Shown here: positions 18,571-31,977 of the stretch, piece by piece
How the letters are laid out: each line of letters begins with the position of its first letter
Position numbering within the stretch: position 1 is the first letter of the stretch
NCBI RefSeq assembly: GCF_947568905.1
Contig: NC_079169.1
Location: forward strand, 47,120,001 to 47,184,000
DNA: 64,000 nucleotides
Direction: 5' to 3'
From: Ostrea edulis
Lineage: Eukaryota
Translations under genes and position numbers: made by a program
Notes under the pieces: model-generated
What the model was told of the DNA's origin: nothing
Seen by the model: the letters and a program-made list of their open reading frames with translations, nothing else
The model's database searches: none

Positions 18571-21500
18571 GTATTGCCTTATGATCGAGGTTTTCAAGAA
18601 ATGAGAGCGTACAATGAGTATTTTGAATTCAGATATAATTACTCTCACTCATAAATTGTATGAAAAAACTATATTTTACCCTTATCATCCACCGAGTCAT
18701 CATACTTTTATTTGTTTGTTAATTATTAACGTCACATTCGAGAAGTTTTCACCCATAAAGGGGCGTGACTTAGTTTTAGCTGAAGTGCCACAAACTTTGA
18801 TCCATGCATGGAGCTGAAGACCGCAGCAGTAAGGTGTTTTTTTTAAATCGCGCCAACGCCTATATGATAAGGGACGTTTTAAAGACCCGTGAATTTTGCT
18901 TCTAATCACCACCTATTTTAGTCGTTCTGGGCCATCAGAATAGTAAAATAAAGAGAACATCGGAACGAAAATTTTTGGGTATGTTAAGAAGCAGTCGGAG
19001 TCACAGAGGGATATTTATTGCTAAAACGCTACAAATGAAAAAAAAATTACCTTCCATATGTACAAGTTACAAAATAGCTCTGTTTTATTATACATATGGT
19101 AGATAATTGTAATTCTGTGTTGGTCAATGAAATAAATATAACGAGCATTAGAAATCTTATATCAATTATCTTTTATGCGCAAGATGCATATTATGATTTC
19201 TACGATGTAGACCCACAATGCTAATAAAGTATTGAAAATAGTTTCCCATAGTTTCTTTTAGGGTAAATCGTTTAGTAATGGTTGTTGGCTTATTATCAGA
19301 CAAAATACCCGCCCGCGATATTTCAGTGGTGAAGCGGACCGAGCTTGTGAGGACCGCATCCGCTCAAGAAGTGGGGGCGGACATAATCCCTGATGTTCAG
19401 TCAATAATCTTTTAATTCGATACTTTTTATCTGGACGGAGAAAATTATTTCATTTTTATTTGGGAGGAATATTAATTTTTTTTTAAAGGGCACAAAATGT
19501 GGGGATTACCTGTAAAAACCCATGCAGATAGAGTCCGTTATAAAATACTATTTTATTATGAATTATATTCTTTAAAAATACCTGTATAAGCACTGTACAT
19601 GAAACATGTGATAATAAAATTTAAAGGAATATCACACTGAACACTACCGACACTGTAGACGGATTCAGATATCGGTTTTGGCTGGGTATTACACTTGCTG
19701 CTTGCGCCACACCAACTAATTGATATCGTAGAGTATATTCTTATCCCATATCTGTCAGATTGATGCCATCCATTTCCATTCATAAAAAAAAACACCTCAG
19801 AAATAACAAGACATCCCTAAGGGTGAACATTACTCACATTCGTTCTGACGATTATTTGATATAATAAAGGGAACATATGACTCTATGTGCTTTATGTAGT
19901 TGTGTGTTAATTTTTTTTTACTGGTATCTGCAAAATAATTCACCAAAATGAAATATTTAAAATTCACCCAAATTAAATTTAAAAAGCAAATCCGCCCAAA
20001 TGAAAGAAAGACATTTGGAGAAATCTTCTCAAATGAAACGTACCTGTTTTATCATTATACATTTTCTTATTCTAACTTTATATGCACATGTATTTCTAAC
20101 TCTTTGGAAGCGTGCATTCATCTACATTTCCCGTAGCACACAATGTGCTTACACTCACCATTTCTATTTGTAAACAAATGTGACGTCACGATTAAGTAAG
20201 TAAAGTAGTCCCCGGGCTTTTATAGCTGCTTAATCATGTAATACCCAATACTGCGTAATTCTTAGTTAGACTGATTGTCACGATAGAATTTTAATGAACA
20301 CATCAAGAGTTAACTGGTGAATCCCTTGCATTTTGACAAATTGTGCAATTCTTGAATATATCTATCATTCTAAGCATTGCACCTGTAATACATTTGTATC
20401 TAGGAAAAAGTATTCGAAATATACGTGGCATTGGTAGGGTTCGCGAAGCAGTGCTTAATGGCAAATATTTCATGTCGTCTTGTTAATATCTGGTAAAATC
20501 GCTATATACAGATGAGAAAAGAACAAAACTATTGATAGAGCATGTCGCGTTAGTGGATATTGTTAATAAAATAACAGAACGGCCATGCAAAATTAACTGA
20601 TAAAACATTACGTCATTTAATAAAGTCTTGGAACATGACAGTTGTGAATTTTATATTTGTTAAATAAATTATTATTGAATATATGTATTGTAACAGGATT
20701 GTTACTATAGAAAGGACACATCATGTCTCGCAAATGTTGTTCTTTTTCTCTCCAATGGTCCCCATATCGATTGTTTCTTTTTACGTCTCGTCGAGAATTT
20801 TTCACTTCTATTGACTTAGCGTTAATTCCAAGCCAATAGTTGTTAAAAATATTCCTTGGTTTTTGTGCTCATTCAAATTACATATAACTCGAGATTTTTT
20901 TTTTTTTTTAAGTTTACATTAGCGTCACGTGTTTTTACCCCTATTATTATTTATTTATATTCGATCGGTAGTACATGTATCATGTATATTGAAGGCAAGA
21001 ATGGAAGCAACTTTCAAAGCAGACTTCAGAGGGGTGTAACATTTCACAAGCACCAGTTTTTACCTGAAATCGTCTTTTATCAATTAAAACTGAAAAGTGT
21101 GGTCACGTTTACATTATCTAAACATGCCTAACCAATGTGTATATCACATCGAAGAAAGTATGTACAATAATATTTTGAAATTGAAACTTGAAATTTATAC
21201 CTCATATTGCGAAAAATTGCAGATTTTACGAAAAGTTATTGAGAAAAAAATTAAACATCTGATGGACTCTTTTCATGATCTACTGATCGGAAGCCATACA
21301 CGTTACATGTAAGCCATTTAACTTATATATTCTATGACTGATGTTTTATTTAAGACACCGATGTTTCAAAACGAAGTCAGCCATTTTTATGCGATGTGTG
21401 GTACCACCTTAATTGCTATTTATTTAACATAACGGAAGTGTAAACATTCAGCGAACTATATCTACAGTGTGCAGACCATAGTCATTGTTAATGATCATTG

Positions 21501-22679
21501 TGTATCCAGTACTCCATGGTAGTTTTTTTTTAAATATATATTTTCCTTTTTTATCTGGACAACAATGTGATGTTAGATATCAAATTCTAATACAGTTTTA
21601 TCTATTTTTTAAAAAGAGATATGGTAAATCATATTAGATCATCTTTAAAAGCAGACATCGTAGACGAGCAATACAAATATAATGCACACCGTACCACACA
21701 CAATCGGGAAGGAATACGCACGCAATCGCTCTAATCTTCTCAGAGAAAACTGATCTTTTACAATAAGATCGGATTAGAAAGACCGACGGTTCTTAAAACT
21801 CGGTTTTCTTAACGTATTCTCTTAAGAATACCTTGCCTATCTATCTGACAGTGTTAACACAAGCGTTTCAACATAGTGAAGTGCAATGTGTGTTTAGAGA
21901 ATAAAAATACCTGTTCTATTCTTTTTATATTTCTGAAGTTTTAGAAAATCCTAATCGTGCGTCGAACTTTCTGTACACCAAACGTCTGTACTTTATCTAT
22001 ATGTGAGTTAATGGTTTTCACCTAGTATACTGGTTAAGCACCTGGAGCTACAATTCTTTGTCATATTGGTGTTTTCCAGTATGACTTTGAAAATAGTTTA
22101 AGAATATACCTATTTCAACAATATTGATAGATACATTGTAACTTATCTTAAAGGCATTAAATTTCAATCAGTTCAATGTGTTCAGTGTCATCACCAACCA
22201 AGACCTTTCCTCTCTTTCCCATGGCGACATACGACATCATTTCTCTCCATTAATCTCACAATGCAGTTTTCTCCTTTCATAGAAGCACACAACGGCCTGT
22301 AAACGGAAAATGAAACATCTGTTGTAAGACATATTTTCTAATAAAGGATAGTGACTTCAATCAATTTAAAGTGTTATCAAGGATAATGGCTGAATAAATT
22401 GTTAGACACGTAGTTTTACAAATAATGGATATATTTTTAAAATTCTATTTCCCAAGTCGTTCTTTAATCGTATGATTCTGACCTTCGTCTGAAATGGTTA
22501 AATTATTTTTGTACGGGATATTACTAATCATTAAACCCCATTTCGTTTCAGGTTTGTTTTGTAAATTAAAATGGTGGATATACAAAATACACTGTATCAC
22601 GCCACCATGTATAGGGAAACAAATCACTAAAAATTAATTTGTTAACAGTCGGAAATGTTTTATGTTATATGCCTCGTCT

Positions 22680-22740
22680 TAACCGCCGTAAAATGGCTGA
22701 AATGTTGCCAAAACGGCGTAAAACATCAATCAATCAATCG
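22680..22740 (+). mobile_element. 3' end of a second SINE family (aaccgccgtaaaatggctgaaat...ggcgtaaaac (caat)n)
   Basis: Reverse-complement match at 57335-57395; (caat)n tail. Confidence 0.65.
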
Positions 22741-23249
22741 TCTGCAAGTACAGCCTAAACGGCATGTTTTATATTTTGTCACCGCTAACAAAACTACCCT
22801 CATAACCATATATTCTAACATGTAAAAAGCCAGGAGTATATGTACATGGGGTTTCAGTCACCAATCTAAATTAAAAGGTTCACATAAGATGTCATATCTT
22901 TCATCAAATTGTACAAAAAACCGTATTATTGCGGAAATGAGAGGTAGTATGTAGTACTTCTGAATGTCTGCAGGTTTCTTCTTAGATCCCGCACCTGTGT
23001 TTTCAGTCCTTGGGGTATCTAAAGATCTTCATACAGCATAAAAGATTCAGTTGAAAAGTATTTGAACCCACCCACAACCTAAACACATCATCACAAATTT
23101 ACTGCAACTTCATAGTGATACAGCTTGAAACCAAAAACTAGCTTCAGTTCTTGTAACAGTAGCGCTCTGGGAAATTATTGGGACAGACCAAAGAAGTACA
23201 GACCCACCCCTTATAAAAAGAAACTTCGATTACGGTGCAGGAAAGTCTC

Positions 23250-24374
23250 TACCAAAATTGTACATTTCATGATCCCCGAATTAGAGGTTTTAACTCCAGG
23301 GTGGGACCAAATTTGGTATATAGTGCTTTATGTGTTAAACATTTAAATAACATCTTTAATGCTATTAATACTAAGTTGAAACTATATGGATATGTAGAAG
23401 AAACAGGTTGTCCTTTACCAAAATTGTAAATTTCATAATCCTTTGGGTAGGGCATTTGGTACCAGGGTGGGGGCAAAATGGTCAAAGTGACTAAATGGGT
23501 GCATTAGCAACATTTGCAACTTCTTGATTACTCTTCAAATTCATTTCAAATTTGGTATGAAGCATCTTTGAAACAAGGGGACATAAATTTGAAATTTCAA
23601 GATTCGTGCTGCCCCGGGGCACAAAAACTGCCAAAATTGACCGATTTAAAAAGCAAAGGCCTAAATTTGAAGCCCTTCACCGGTCTTGAGGACGTCTCCA
23701 TACGAGTGAAAAATTCTCGAGAGAGACATTAAACAAGATACAATCAATCAAAAATCTTCTTTTCTACAACTACACAGCTAAAAGAAAACCAAATGCATAG
23801 TCACGTAGAGTCGGAAGGTCTCAACTAGAGTTGTAAATTTCCTGATCCTCGGGGTAGAGATTCTGACTCCAGGGTGTTACCAAGCTTAGTATATTATGCT
23901 TATGTGTAAAATATATAATTAACAGCTTCTTCAATGCTATTCATACTAAATTGAAACTATATTATATATTTAGAGGGAGCAGATAGACCTTTACCATTAT
24001 CCCTATATTTTGGTTCTAGGTTGGGGTAAAAATGGCCATTATAATTATGTTCTTTATTGTTAAAAGACTGTTTCTTTAATTTTGCAGCTACTGTACAAAA
24101 ATTGTGAATTTCGCAAAGTTCTGACTCTAGGGCAGGCCCAAAATAGTCATATAGTGTTAATATAACATATATTATGTTAAGTTATCCATCAGTATGGGCA
24201 CTTTAAGAGGTATTTGTATTTTAAGAACATATATTGTGCTGTACTGCTGCTGAATATTAGAATTTAGCTTAGATATTCAGAACAGGAAAATTATTACAGA
24301 TTCTATAGCCCTTGTGACTAGTGATACTTATAACTAATACTCAGGTGAACAATAAGGCCTCTGGGGCTCTCGTT
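23250..24374 (+). mobile_element. HINE-like element (same family as 6990-7941) with a SINE 3' fragment nested at about 23650-23750
   Basis: Shared blocks (ctgctgctgaat.ttagaatttagcttagatatt.cagaacagg); terminus ctcaggtgaacaataaggcctctggggctctcgtt; nested gacgtctccatacgagtgaaaaattctcgag...caatcaatc. Confidence 0.8.
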
Positions 24375-24728
24375 CATTTTCTATTGATTATTATTGGTAG
24401 GAATATATATATATATATCTCCGTGTGCATATTTTTCTACGCCGTAAATGGGAAGGTTTTTATTAGGGCTGGAGGATCTGTAGCTCTCTGCTCTGTACGA
24501 ATATTTCCCAGAGAGATAGATATTTGCAGCTTACATCTTTATACATTTGTACCTTATCCCAGTTGCTATTTACCATGATTACCATAGCAATGAATCAACA
24601 GTTTGAAATATGGCAATTTTACGCTACTTGGAATCCCCTTTTGTGACTTTTTGCACCAACCTAGATCATCAATGATCATATACAATACTGTATTCCTAGA
24701 CTGACGTCAAGCCTTGATGGATACGGAT

Positions 24729-24896
24729 CAGTACCACTTGCTTGTCATAAGAGGCGACTACAATGGGCTCTCCATCGGATGAGACCGCAAAAACATGGGC
24801 TCCTTGTCACAGCAGGTATGGCCTGATAAAGGTCCCTCCCTACTCAAAGACCGTAAGCGCCGAACTTAGGCCTAAATTTTGCAGTCCTTCACTGGC

Positions 24897-24932
<36 letters not shown>

Positions 24933-24958
24933 GCTGGACCTTAAACAATATACAATCA
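24729..24958 (+). mobile_element. Meta/MESC-core-like SINE, 5'-truncated copy
   Basis: cttgcttgtcataagaggcgact core, tail ...ctccatatgagtgaaaaattctcgag...caatc; aligns with 52453-52710 and 61539-61785. Family name from recall. Confidence 0.8.
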
Positions 24959-25169
24959 TTCGCGGAATTTGTAACCACGTCCGAGTTCGGCACATGCTCA
25001 TCTTCATTTTCGGCGCCATTTAAGAAATTATTACCATTTTCATCAAAACACATTTTTAGCGTTTTGATGTTTCCTCATGGGAAAGAATACACACAAAATC
25101 CATCAAATCACATCTGCATTATTGGGAAAAGATAGGGGAAACATTTGATTTGAAATACATGTACCTCTA

Positions 25170-26350
25170 TTAGATTGTGTGAAAGCGCACCTAGACTGCT
25201 GGAAAAACCACCAGAGGTTTACCGCTGTAGGATACACCAATCTCCCAAACCCTAGTGACGGATGCCTGAAGGATACGTCACCAATCTCTCAAACCCTAGT
25301 GACGGATGCCTTAAGGATACGTCACCAATCTCCCAAACCCTAGTGACGGATGCCTTAAGGATACATCAATCTCCCAAACGCTAGTGACGGATGCCTCCAC
25401 GACCGGTTAGGGAGCGCATCTTGGTCAGCTACAAGTATTGGGTGATTTGGTCAGAAGATCTAGCTTGTCAACACATAAATTATTTAGAAATGATTGTTGT
25501 ATTTCTGACAATCCGGCATTATGAAGTAGTATTAAAGAACCAAAAAAATATGGGTCATTCTACTGTAATGACGTTCATGAACAAAGAGGGGATGCATTTT
25601 CCATCTTTATACTTTTCAGTCTTTAACATGTTCCTAAGGTTCATGAAGAACAATGTTTTATTAACTCCTCAACTCATAGCATGAACATTCAATGCGTTAG
25701 TAAGACCTTGTTTCGAAGGTCTAAAATATTACCAACAGAGTGGGTGCGGAACAAAGTCGTGGCACAGACAATATTCAATATGAGAGACAAGCCACAAATA
25801 TATCCATTTGCCACCAGATGGAATAGACAAACTCAGAGTTTTGTGTATCCCTTCCCAGACAAACTAGCAGTGTCATTGGAATTCATGAGTCTCAGTTGGA
25901 AGGGGATAATTGGGTATACTTATTCACTTATGATTCTTCTTCCAAAGATCCTCTGGAAAATTTAAACAGAGATCTGCATAATCACTCTGATTCCCCCCTT
26001 CTGGACGAGACAACCATGGTTACCAGATTTAACTCAACTATTGATAGTTTACTATGTAAGGGTTTAACACAACCTTGTAAGTCAAAAGGACGGCGAGTTT
26101 CTTCATTCAAACATACAAATGATAAAGCTGACAGAGTGGAGATTATCCACAAATAGTTCATTAACAAAGGGTTTCCTAAAACAGTGTCAAAACGAGCAGA
26201 ATATTGTCTGCGAAATGATACAAACAAAACATATAATAGACCCAAACTATATTTTGATTGTGCTCGGGGAAAAGACATTGATCTCTTGCAAGTGGTCAGG
26301 CAAAAACTTTTAGAAAGTTCATTAAAGGCTATTTCATTCCTCGTCCTCTA
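25170..26350 (+). mobile_element. Decayed DIRS1-like retrotransposon fragment (RNase H, downstream MT-like region, start of tyrosine recombinase N-terminus)
   Basis: Frameshifted peptides AHLDCWKN, TLVTDASTTG*GAHL, WSEDLACQHINYLEM, TVMTFMNKEG, LPTEWVRN..V..IF, PFATRWN, SLSWKGIIGY, LLPKILWKI, PFWTRQPWLP, KLTEWRLS...KGF. Confidence 0.88.
25235..25396. repeat. 44-bp tandem repeat (about 3.7 copies) inside the DIRS RNase H
   Basis: caccaatctcccaaaccctagtgacggatgcc starts at 25235, 25279, 25323 and about 25364. Confidence 0.92.
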
Positions 26351-27152
26351 AGAAGTACGCTTGTTCCATCATAGGATATTGGTTTTGTTTTACAATCATT
26401 ATGTAAACTCCCGTTTGAAACTTCAAGCCAGGTAGATTTAATGGACATGTACAAGATTTTTGAGCGACTGAAATTGACAGTTTTTATGTTATAGAAATAA
26501 AGATCTTATATAAATATAAATCTTGGCTTCCCAACTCGTGTTTGTTAACACGGTGGCAATCTATATCTAGAGTGAGACTAATGCGCGCGCATTTCATAAA
26601 ACTATAAACAAGCACTTGTAAACCACGTGCGGGGGTGAGAACACCAAGATTTCTAAACAGAATTTCAAAACAATTCAGCATTTCGAAATAGATTGTAGCT
26701 AAATCTATTTAGAAACAAACACAAAGAAATATGAACTGAAAACTTTCGTTGCAAAAGCTGTTTTCTCTGAAACCGTCAAATTTGGCGCCATGTTGATAGC
26801 TGAGTCACGTAACATGTAAACATAAACAGGGCTCGCTCGTGATGAAAAGTTTAGATGTCTTAGATATATCTTTGTGTCAGTTTTTTAAATTTAGATTTGT
26901 TGCTATGGTTTACACATTTCAAATACTACCACATTACTAATTAATGTCCAAGTATTTTTTATTTTACTAGAATCATGTTTATGCCCCTGTAAAGTTTTTG
27001 ACATTCAAAACATTGTTTAGATGGCAGATGCTTCAGGTAAAAGTGTTAGTTGTTTCCATGCACTTTCCGTTCATGAAAGACACATACGATGGGACATTAA
27101 TGTGTCGAATACTGGGTATACCATCTCCAGATAAGAATGATTCACTGAATGT

Positions 27153-27492
27153 ATGAAAAGGCGAAGAGAACGAACAATAATCCAATCTCAAGGATATAGA
27201 ATTAAGAGTTGGGCAAACACAGACCCCTGGACACACCAGAGTTGGGATCAGGTGCCTAGGAGGAGTAAACATCCCTTGTCAACCGGTCACATCCACCGTG
27301 ATCCCTATATTTTGATCGAGTAAACGGAGTTATCCGCAGTCAAAATCAGTGTACAAAGAACGGTCTAACAATTGGTATGAAACACGGCAGACAGCATTTG
27401 ACTTATTGACAGATTGTATTGGTAAACTAGATCGTTATAACGACCGTACCATTTACGAAATGCTGTCTTTAAACGAGATTGTTGAAACGCCT
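27153..27492 (-). mobile_element. 3' end (RT C-terminus + 3' UTR) of a Penelope-like element
   Basis: Minus strand encodes AFQQSRLKTAFRKWYGRYNDLVYQYNLSISQMLSAVFHTNC*, followed by the conserved UTR shared with three other copies. Confidence 0.78.
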
Positions 27493-27498
27493 ATAGAG

Positions 27499-27665
27499 TG
27501 AATGTTTTGTTTGTTTGTTTTGATGTTTCCACCACACTCAACAATTTTTCAGTTATCTGGGTCGCCCAGTTTTTATTGGTGGTTCCAAGAGAGAACCCAG
27601 TCTCAATGTACCTGGGAAGAGACCACCGACCTTCCGAAAGTAAACTGGGAAACTTTCTCACTGAA
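27499..27665 (-). mobile_element. 3' half of a CORE-like SINE
   Basis: (tttg)n tail then cccagtttttattggtgg...gtacctgggaagagaccaccgaccttccgaaagtaaactggg; family from recall. Confidence 0.55.
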
Positions 27666-27682
27666 TATCGTATATTCACCTT

Positions 27683-27740
27683 TCATATGAGTGAAATACT
27701 CTCGAGAAGGACGTTAAACAATATTCAATCAATCAATCCA
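27683..27740 (+). mobile_element. SINE 3' tail fragment
   Basis: catatgagtgaaatactctcgagaaggacgttaaacaatattcaatcaatcaatc. Confidence 0.8.
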
Positions 27741-27811
27741 CCCTAAGTTTAACTTCAAAATCTGTAGCTATAGTAAATTCTGTAACAGGTAAGTATGATG
27801 CGAAGGCGATT

Positions 27812-28068
27812 ATAAATTTCCTTCGAGATAATTATCTCCTAGTATCATACTTGCCCCTTATACTCCCTCCCCATCTCCCTGCTCTTTTTCGTAAAAGAGA
27901 GACTACTCGAAGGAAGATGAGATGCGTTGAATGTAGATGGCACTGTGACTGAGGAGTGTTTAAAATTTTAATCAACGATATCAAATTCCGAGAATAAATA
28001 GCTACATAATAAAATATCTGACAGGTAAGTATGATGCTTGGAAATAATTATATCGAGGGAAATCTAAC
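27812..28068. repeat. Imperfect ~45-bp inverted repeat pair (MITE-like)
   Basis: tttccttcgagataattatctcctagtatcatacttgcc versus ggtaagtatgatgcttggaaataattatatcgagggaaa; a third ggtaagtatgatgc at 27788. Confidence 0.6.
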
Positions 28069-28342
28069 CTATCATTGGGTCAAATACTGTCTGACCTTTT
28101 TCATACCGACTATCAAGCCGTTCTTGGCACACTGATTTTGACTACGAATAACTCCATTTACCTGATCAAGATATAGGGCTCACGGCGGGTGTGAACGGTC
28201 GACAGGGGGTGCTTTACTCCTCCTAGGCACCTGATCCCACCTCTGGTATGATATCCATGGGTCCGTGTTTGCCGAACTCTCTATTTTGTATTGCTTGTAT
28301 GAGTTAAGAGATTGATCATTGTTCGTTACCGCCACCTTTCAC
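28066..28342 (+). mobile_element. Penelope-like element 3' end
   Basis: acctgatcaagatatagggctcacggcgggtgtg...ggcacctgatcccacctctgg...gttcgttaccgccacctttcac. Confidence 0.8.
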
Positions 28343-31300
28343 GATCAATACTACAGTATTCCGTAAACAAAATGAACCAAAAATTCTATCAATATTATTA
28401 TAGAGATATAAATGTAAATAGTTTCAAAATATGTTCTGACGCGCTTTCTTTCCGAAACGAGCTACAGTATGGAAGTGCTAATCACGTTACGGTTTTATTA
28501 GTATACAGCGTGCTATTTTCCCCACCAAGTTTTGGATCTCTGCATATCTAACTACCTAGTGTTCTACACATGACCTTGGTCAATCAATTTAGGTCCTTAT
28601 TCCTACATATCCATGGACTCGATATAAAAAATTATCAATTTGTTCTTTCTGACAACGTATCAAGAATGCGCGCACATTGCATACATCATACAAAAAAGGT
28701 ACATTTTGTAAATTGGTCAAGAACGAAGAACTTAAATTTTGACCTATTCCTTTCAGATGGGAGAAAATAAAGGAATGTAGAAGCTTTTTAATAAATTCTG
28801 CCTAAGAATACAATGATAATAAAGGAGCATTTTTGTATCTGCATTTCTTACAAAAACATACACCAAAAGGAAAGTCTTTTTATGTTATATTGCATGTAAG
28901 CTTTTCCCAAGGTCAGAGGTCGTCATACACTGCGTTTTCTTGGTCATAGGTTTTCGTAATGCACCATGGGGAATTAATAAAAAAAAAAAACCCACCAAAA
29001 TCTACACAATGTAAACGTCAAATATATGTATAAATAAATATTAAGGACCCTTTAACATTCAGTGTGACCAAAGCTAACCTCGGCTGATGTCCTCCGATAG
29101 GTCCCCCCAGTGGGTCAGGTCTCGGTGATTATGACTCAGTTAGTTTAATCATACAGTATTTCAATAGATATTCAATTAAACTACGACTTCATAGTGCCGA
29201 TTCGTTCTGTACACCAACTGACTCTCAAATGAAATATGTGACATAATAATCGTTAGTCATGATTGATTAGCGTGTTTGTTTAATATCATATCAAATGTGT
29301 AAGTAGTGTCATCAAACATTCTCATCTTATCAGGTGATAAATGGGGCGTGGTTACTACTTCATTATGATAGATAAACTTTGTCTTTATCATGTCAGTTTG
29401 CTTCGTGAAAAGTAAACACGGCTCTCAATGTCAAATTATTTCGAGTGTTTCTCGACAATTGAAAAAAATAAATAACCACGTAATCTGCAGGTTCTGGAAA
29501 AAATACCATGTTTTATCTTTTGTAACCAGCTGTACAGAAGTCACTTAAAAACATCATGTGTAAAAATTACATACGTCATGCGGTTGTTTCCGCTTGTTTA
29601 AATTCAATGAATGAATTTTAGTGGTTTGGTTGGCAAATTTTTGTTCGATAAAAGATGCACATACCTGTAGTTATTATCTTAGTTTTATGAAAATCATATA
29701 TTTCTAAAATGATGATGAAAATGAAATGGCCGTGAGGTAACCCATAAATAATTCACGTTTAATTCACCACCCTATGTATCACGTGACTATCATTTGAGGA
29801 AGTGGGTCTTTTTATCCACTGACCATTTCCCGAAGCATGTAAAGATATATTTGACTTTGGATCTATGACTAACACAGTTGTCCCACTGATGCACGACCTA
29901 GAAAATATCGACATTTTATTTTTCGTTTATGTATTATTCATTTATTTTTTGACAATAGAATATCTACATGTACACCTAAGTACGTAGAAGCCCGCATGTC
30001 TACATCATAAGCAAGGTCACAAGCGAAAAAGTGGTATACTGCGTACGTTAGATAATTTTAACGAAATGTGGAATTATCAATACATTGTTGATTTGCATTT
30101 ATAGGAAGCAAATGTAACATTTCGTTTATGCTGTGAACGTTGATCTTATACAGTTTTGATGCGGAATTCATGAGACTGTCTATATCCTCAGTAATTCTCA
30201 TTTATCTATACCCAGTAATCCTCGTGCATCGAGTGCTTGTTAGATACATCGACCTATATTACAAAGTCGGACTCTCTTTTTCTCTCTCAGGAACACCAGG
30301 TCGAAGACTTTCCTTTAGATATAAAACACGAAATTAAAAACAGATAAAATTGTATATATATATATATATATATATTAATGAAATAAGATAAACCCAACAA
30401 AAATGTTTAGGAACTTTTTCAAGTCTGATAATTTATTTACATGTAATCATAATTTTGTTAAGAAAGTATACAGTGTAATACAAAGCTGGTTTTGATATAC
30501 ATGTGCCTGTAAAATTACCCGAAAATGTAAAAATAAATCACACAGAATCGCAATTTCATATCTTTTTTTTTATATAACGAAATGCATTTGGAAATGTACA
30601 TGTAGATATACGTCTTGCAAACTATGCGATATGTAACTTTCTCACGTGACTAGGCTTCGCGGTTGAGTGAAATTCTGCTTGACATCCATTGTGGTGTTAT
30701 CAGTTACGTATAAAATTGAAAATCAACAATCAAATACAAACAAAAAACTCGACATTAGATCCGCGGGTCAGACTAGTTACCTATCACGTATTCATCATTG
30801 AATGGGACTGGGGTGGTCCAATCCGCGCGGAAAATCTGTTCATCAAGGGTAGGTAAGCCAATCCTGCAAAAAACTGTCCAATGCTAATATTTACGATGTT
30901 TTCCTTGTCCAAACAGGTGCTTTAACCACCTTTGTGGCAAGAATATCCGGTATTTAATACACTCTAGTTGAAAACCGAATGAATGTTTTCAAGCAAGCTG
31001 TTCATAGAAGAATGCCAATTTCCCCATCTTATGTTTCCATTTTATTATTATCTTTTAAGTCATCGTATCCATTTTTGTTGTTGATTTTGTGTTTTGGTTA
31101 TTTATAATTATTTTAGATAGATAGAAGGCGACAGAAATTTTCTATGATCCGTAAGTATTTGGTTGCATTAGCAAATTAACATTTATGAAAATGTAAAATG
31201 ACGAGGTTAAACTTGTTCTCCTGCTTTACGACATATTTCATTGTACATATCAAATTCAGAATTAGATGTTCCTGTAAAGAAAACATTTTATGTTTGACTA

Positions 31301-31914
31301 TGTATAAAATGTCAAAACTCTTCATATTTGGACATAAAATCTTTAAACACCTGATAAAATTTCGAAGTTTTATTCCTTCTATAAACAAGAGAAGAGTACA
31401 GGTTATCTGAGCAAATGATACTAGAAATTGTTTTGTTAGTTTGTCCCATGCAAATTCGAAACCTTGTAAGTTTTAAAACATTCATTCGGTCATTGTTGTA
31501 GGAAATATTTGTTGTACAAAGTGGAATTCTGACATTCATAAATCTTCATATGATACATGGGTGTAGAGAAGAAAACAGATATGGGTATAACATGATGGTG
31601 ACAAAATTAAAGGAGAAGTAACACTTTTACACAGGATAATTCTGTGAAACACATCCATTTAGTCGTGAATTACATACCAGGTTGAAAGGTATTTCTGGTA
31701 ATAGAACCTCATTTTTCTGTTTTCTGAATTCGCTTAAAATCTAAAGAGTAGCTTGTGAGGAATTCATTATGTTTGATTCTTATATAAGGCAAAGTCTGTG
31801 AATTCTAGGTGTCGGAATGAATTAAAACAATGCCTATATTGTATATGAACCAGGTTTTTGAAATAGCAGCGTTCATGTATATTGCAGAACCATTCCTAAC
31901 CGAACGGTTCTAGG

Positions 31915-31977
31915 TTGGTTGGTTGTATATTGTTTAACGCCCCGCTTGAGAACTTTTTACTCATATGGAGACGTCCG
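31915..31977 (-). mobile_element. SINE 3' tail fragment
   Basis: Reverse complement of gacgtctccatatgagtaaaaagttctcaagcggggcgttaaacaatatacaaccaacc. Confidence 0.75.

Noticed and set aside
23048-23070. Tc1/mariner TIR (cagttgaaaagtatttgaac)
   Set aside because: No TA target site and no matching opposite TIR found.
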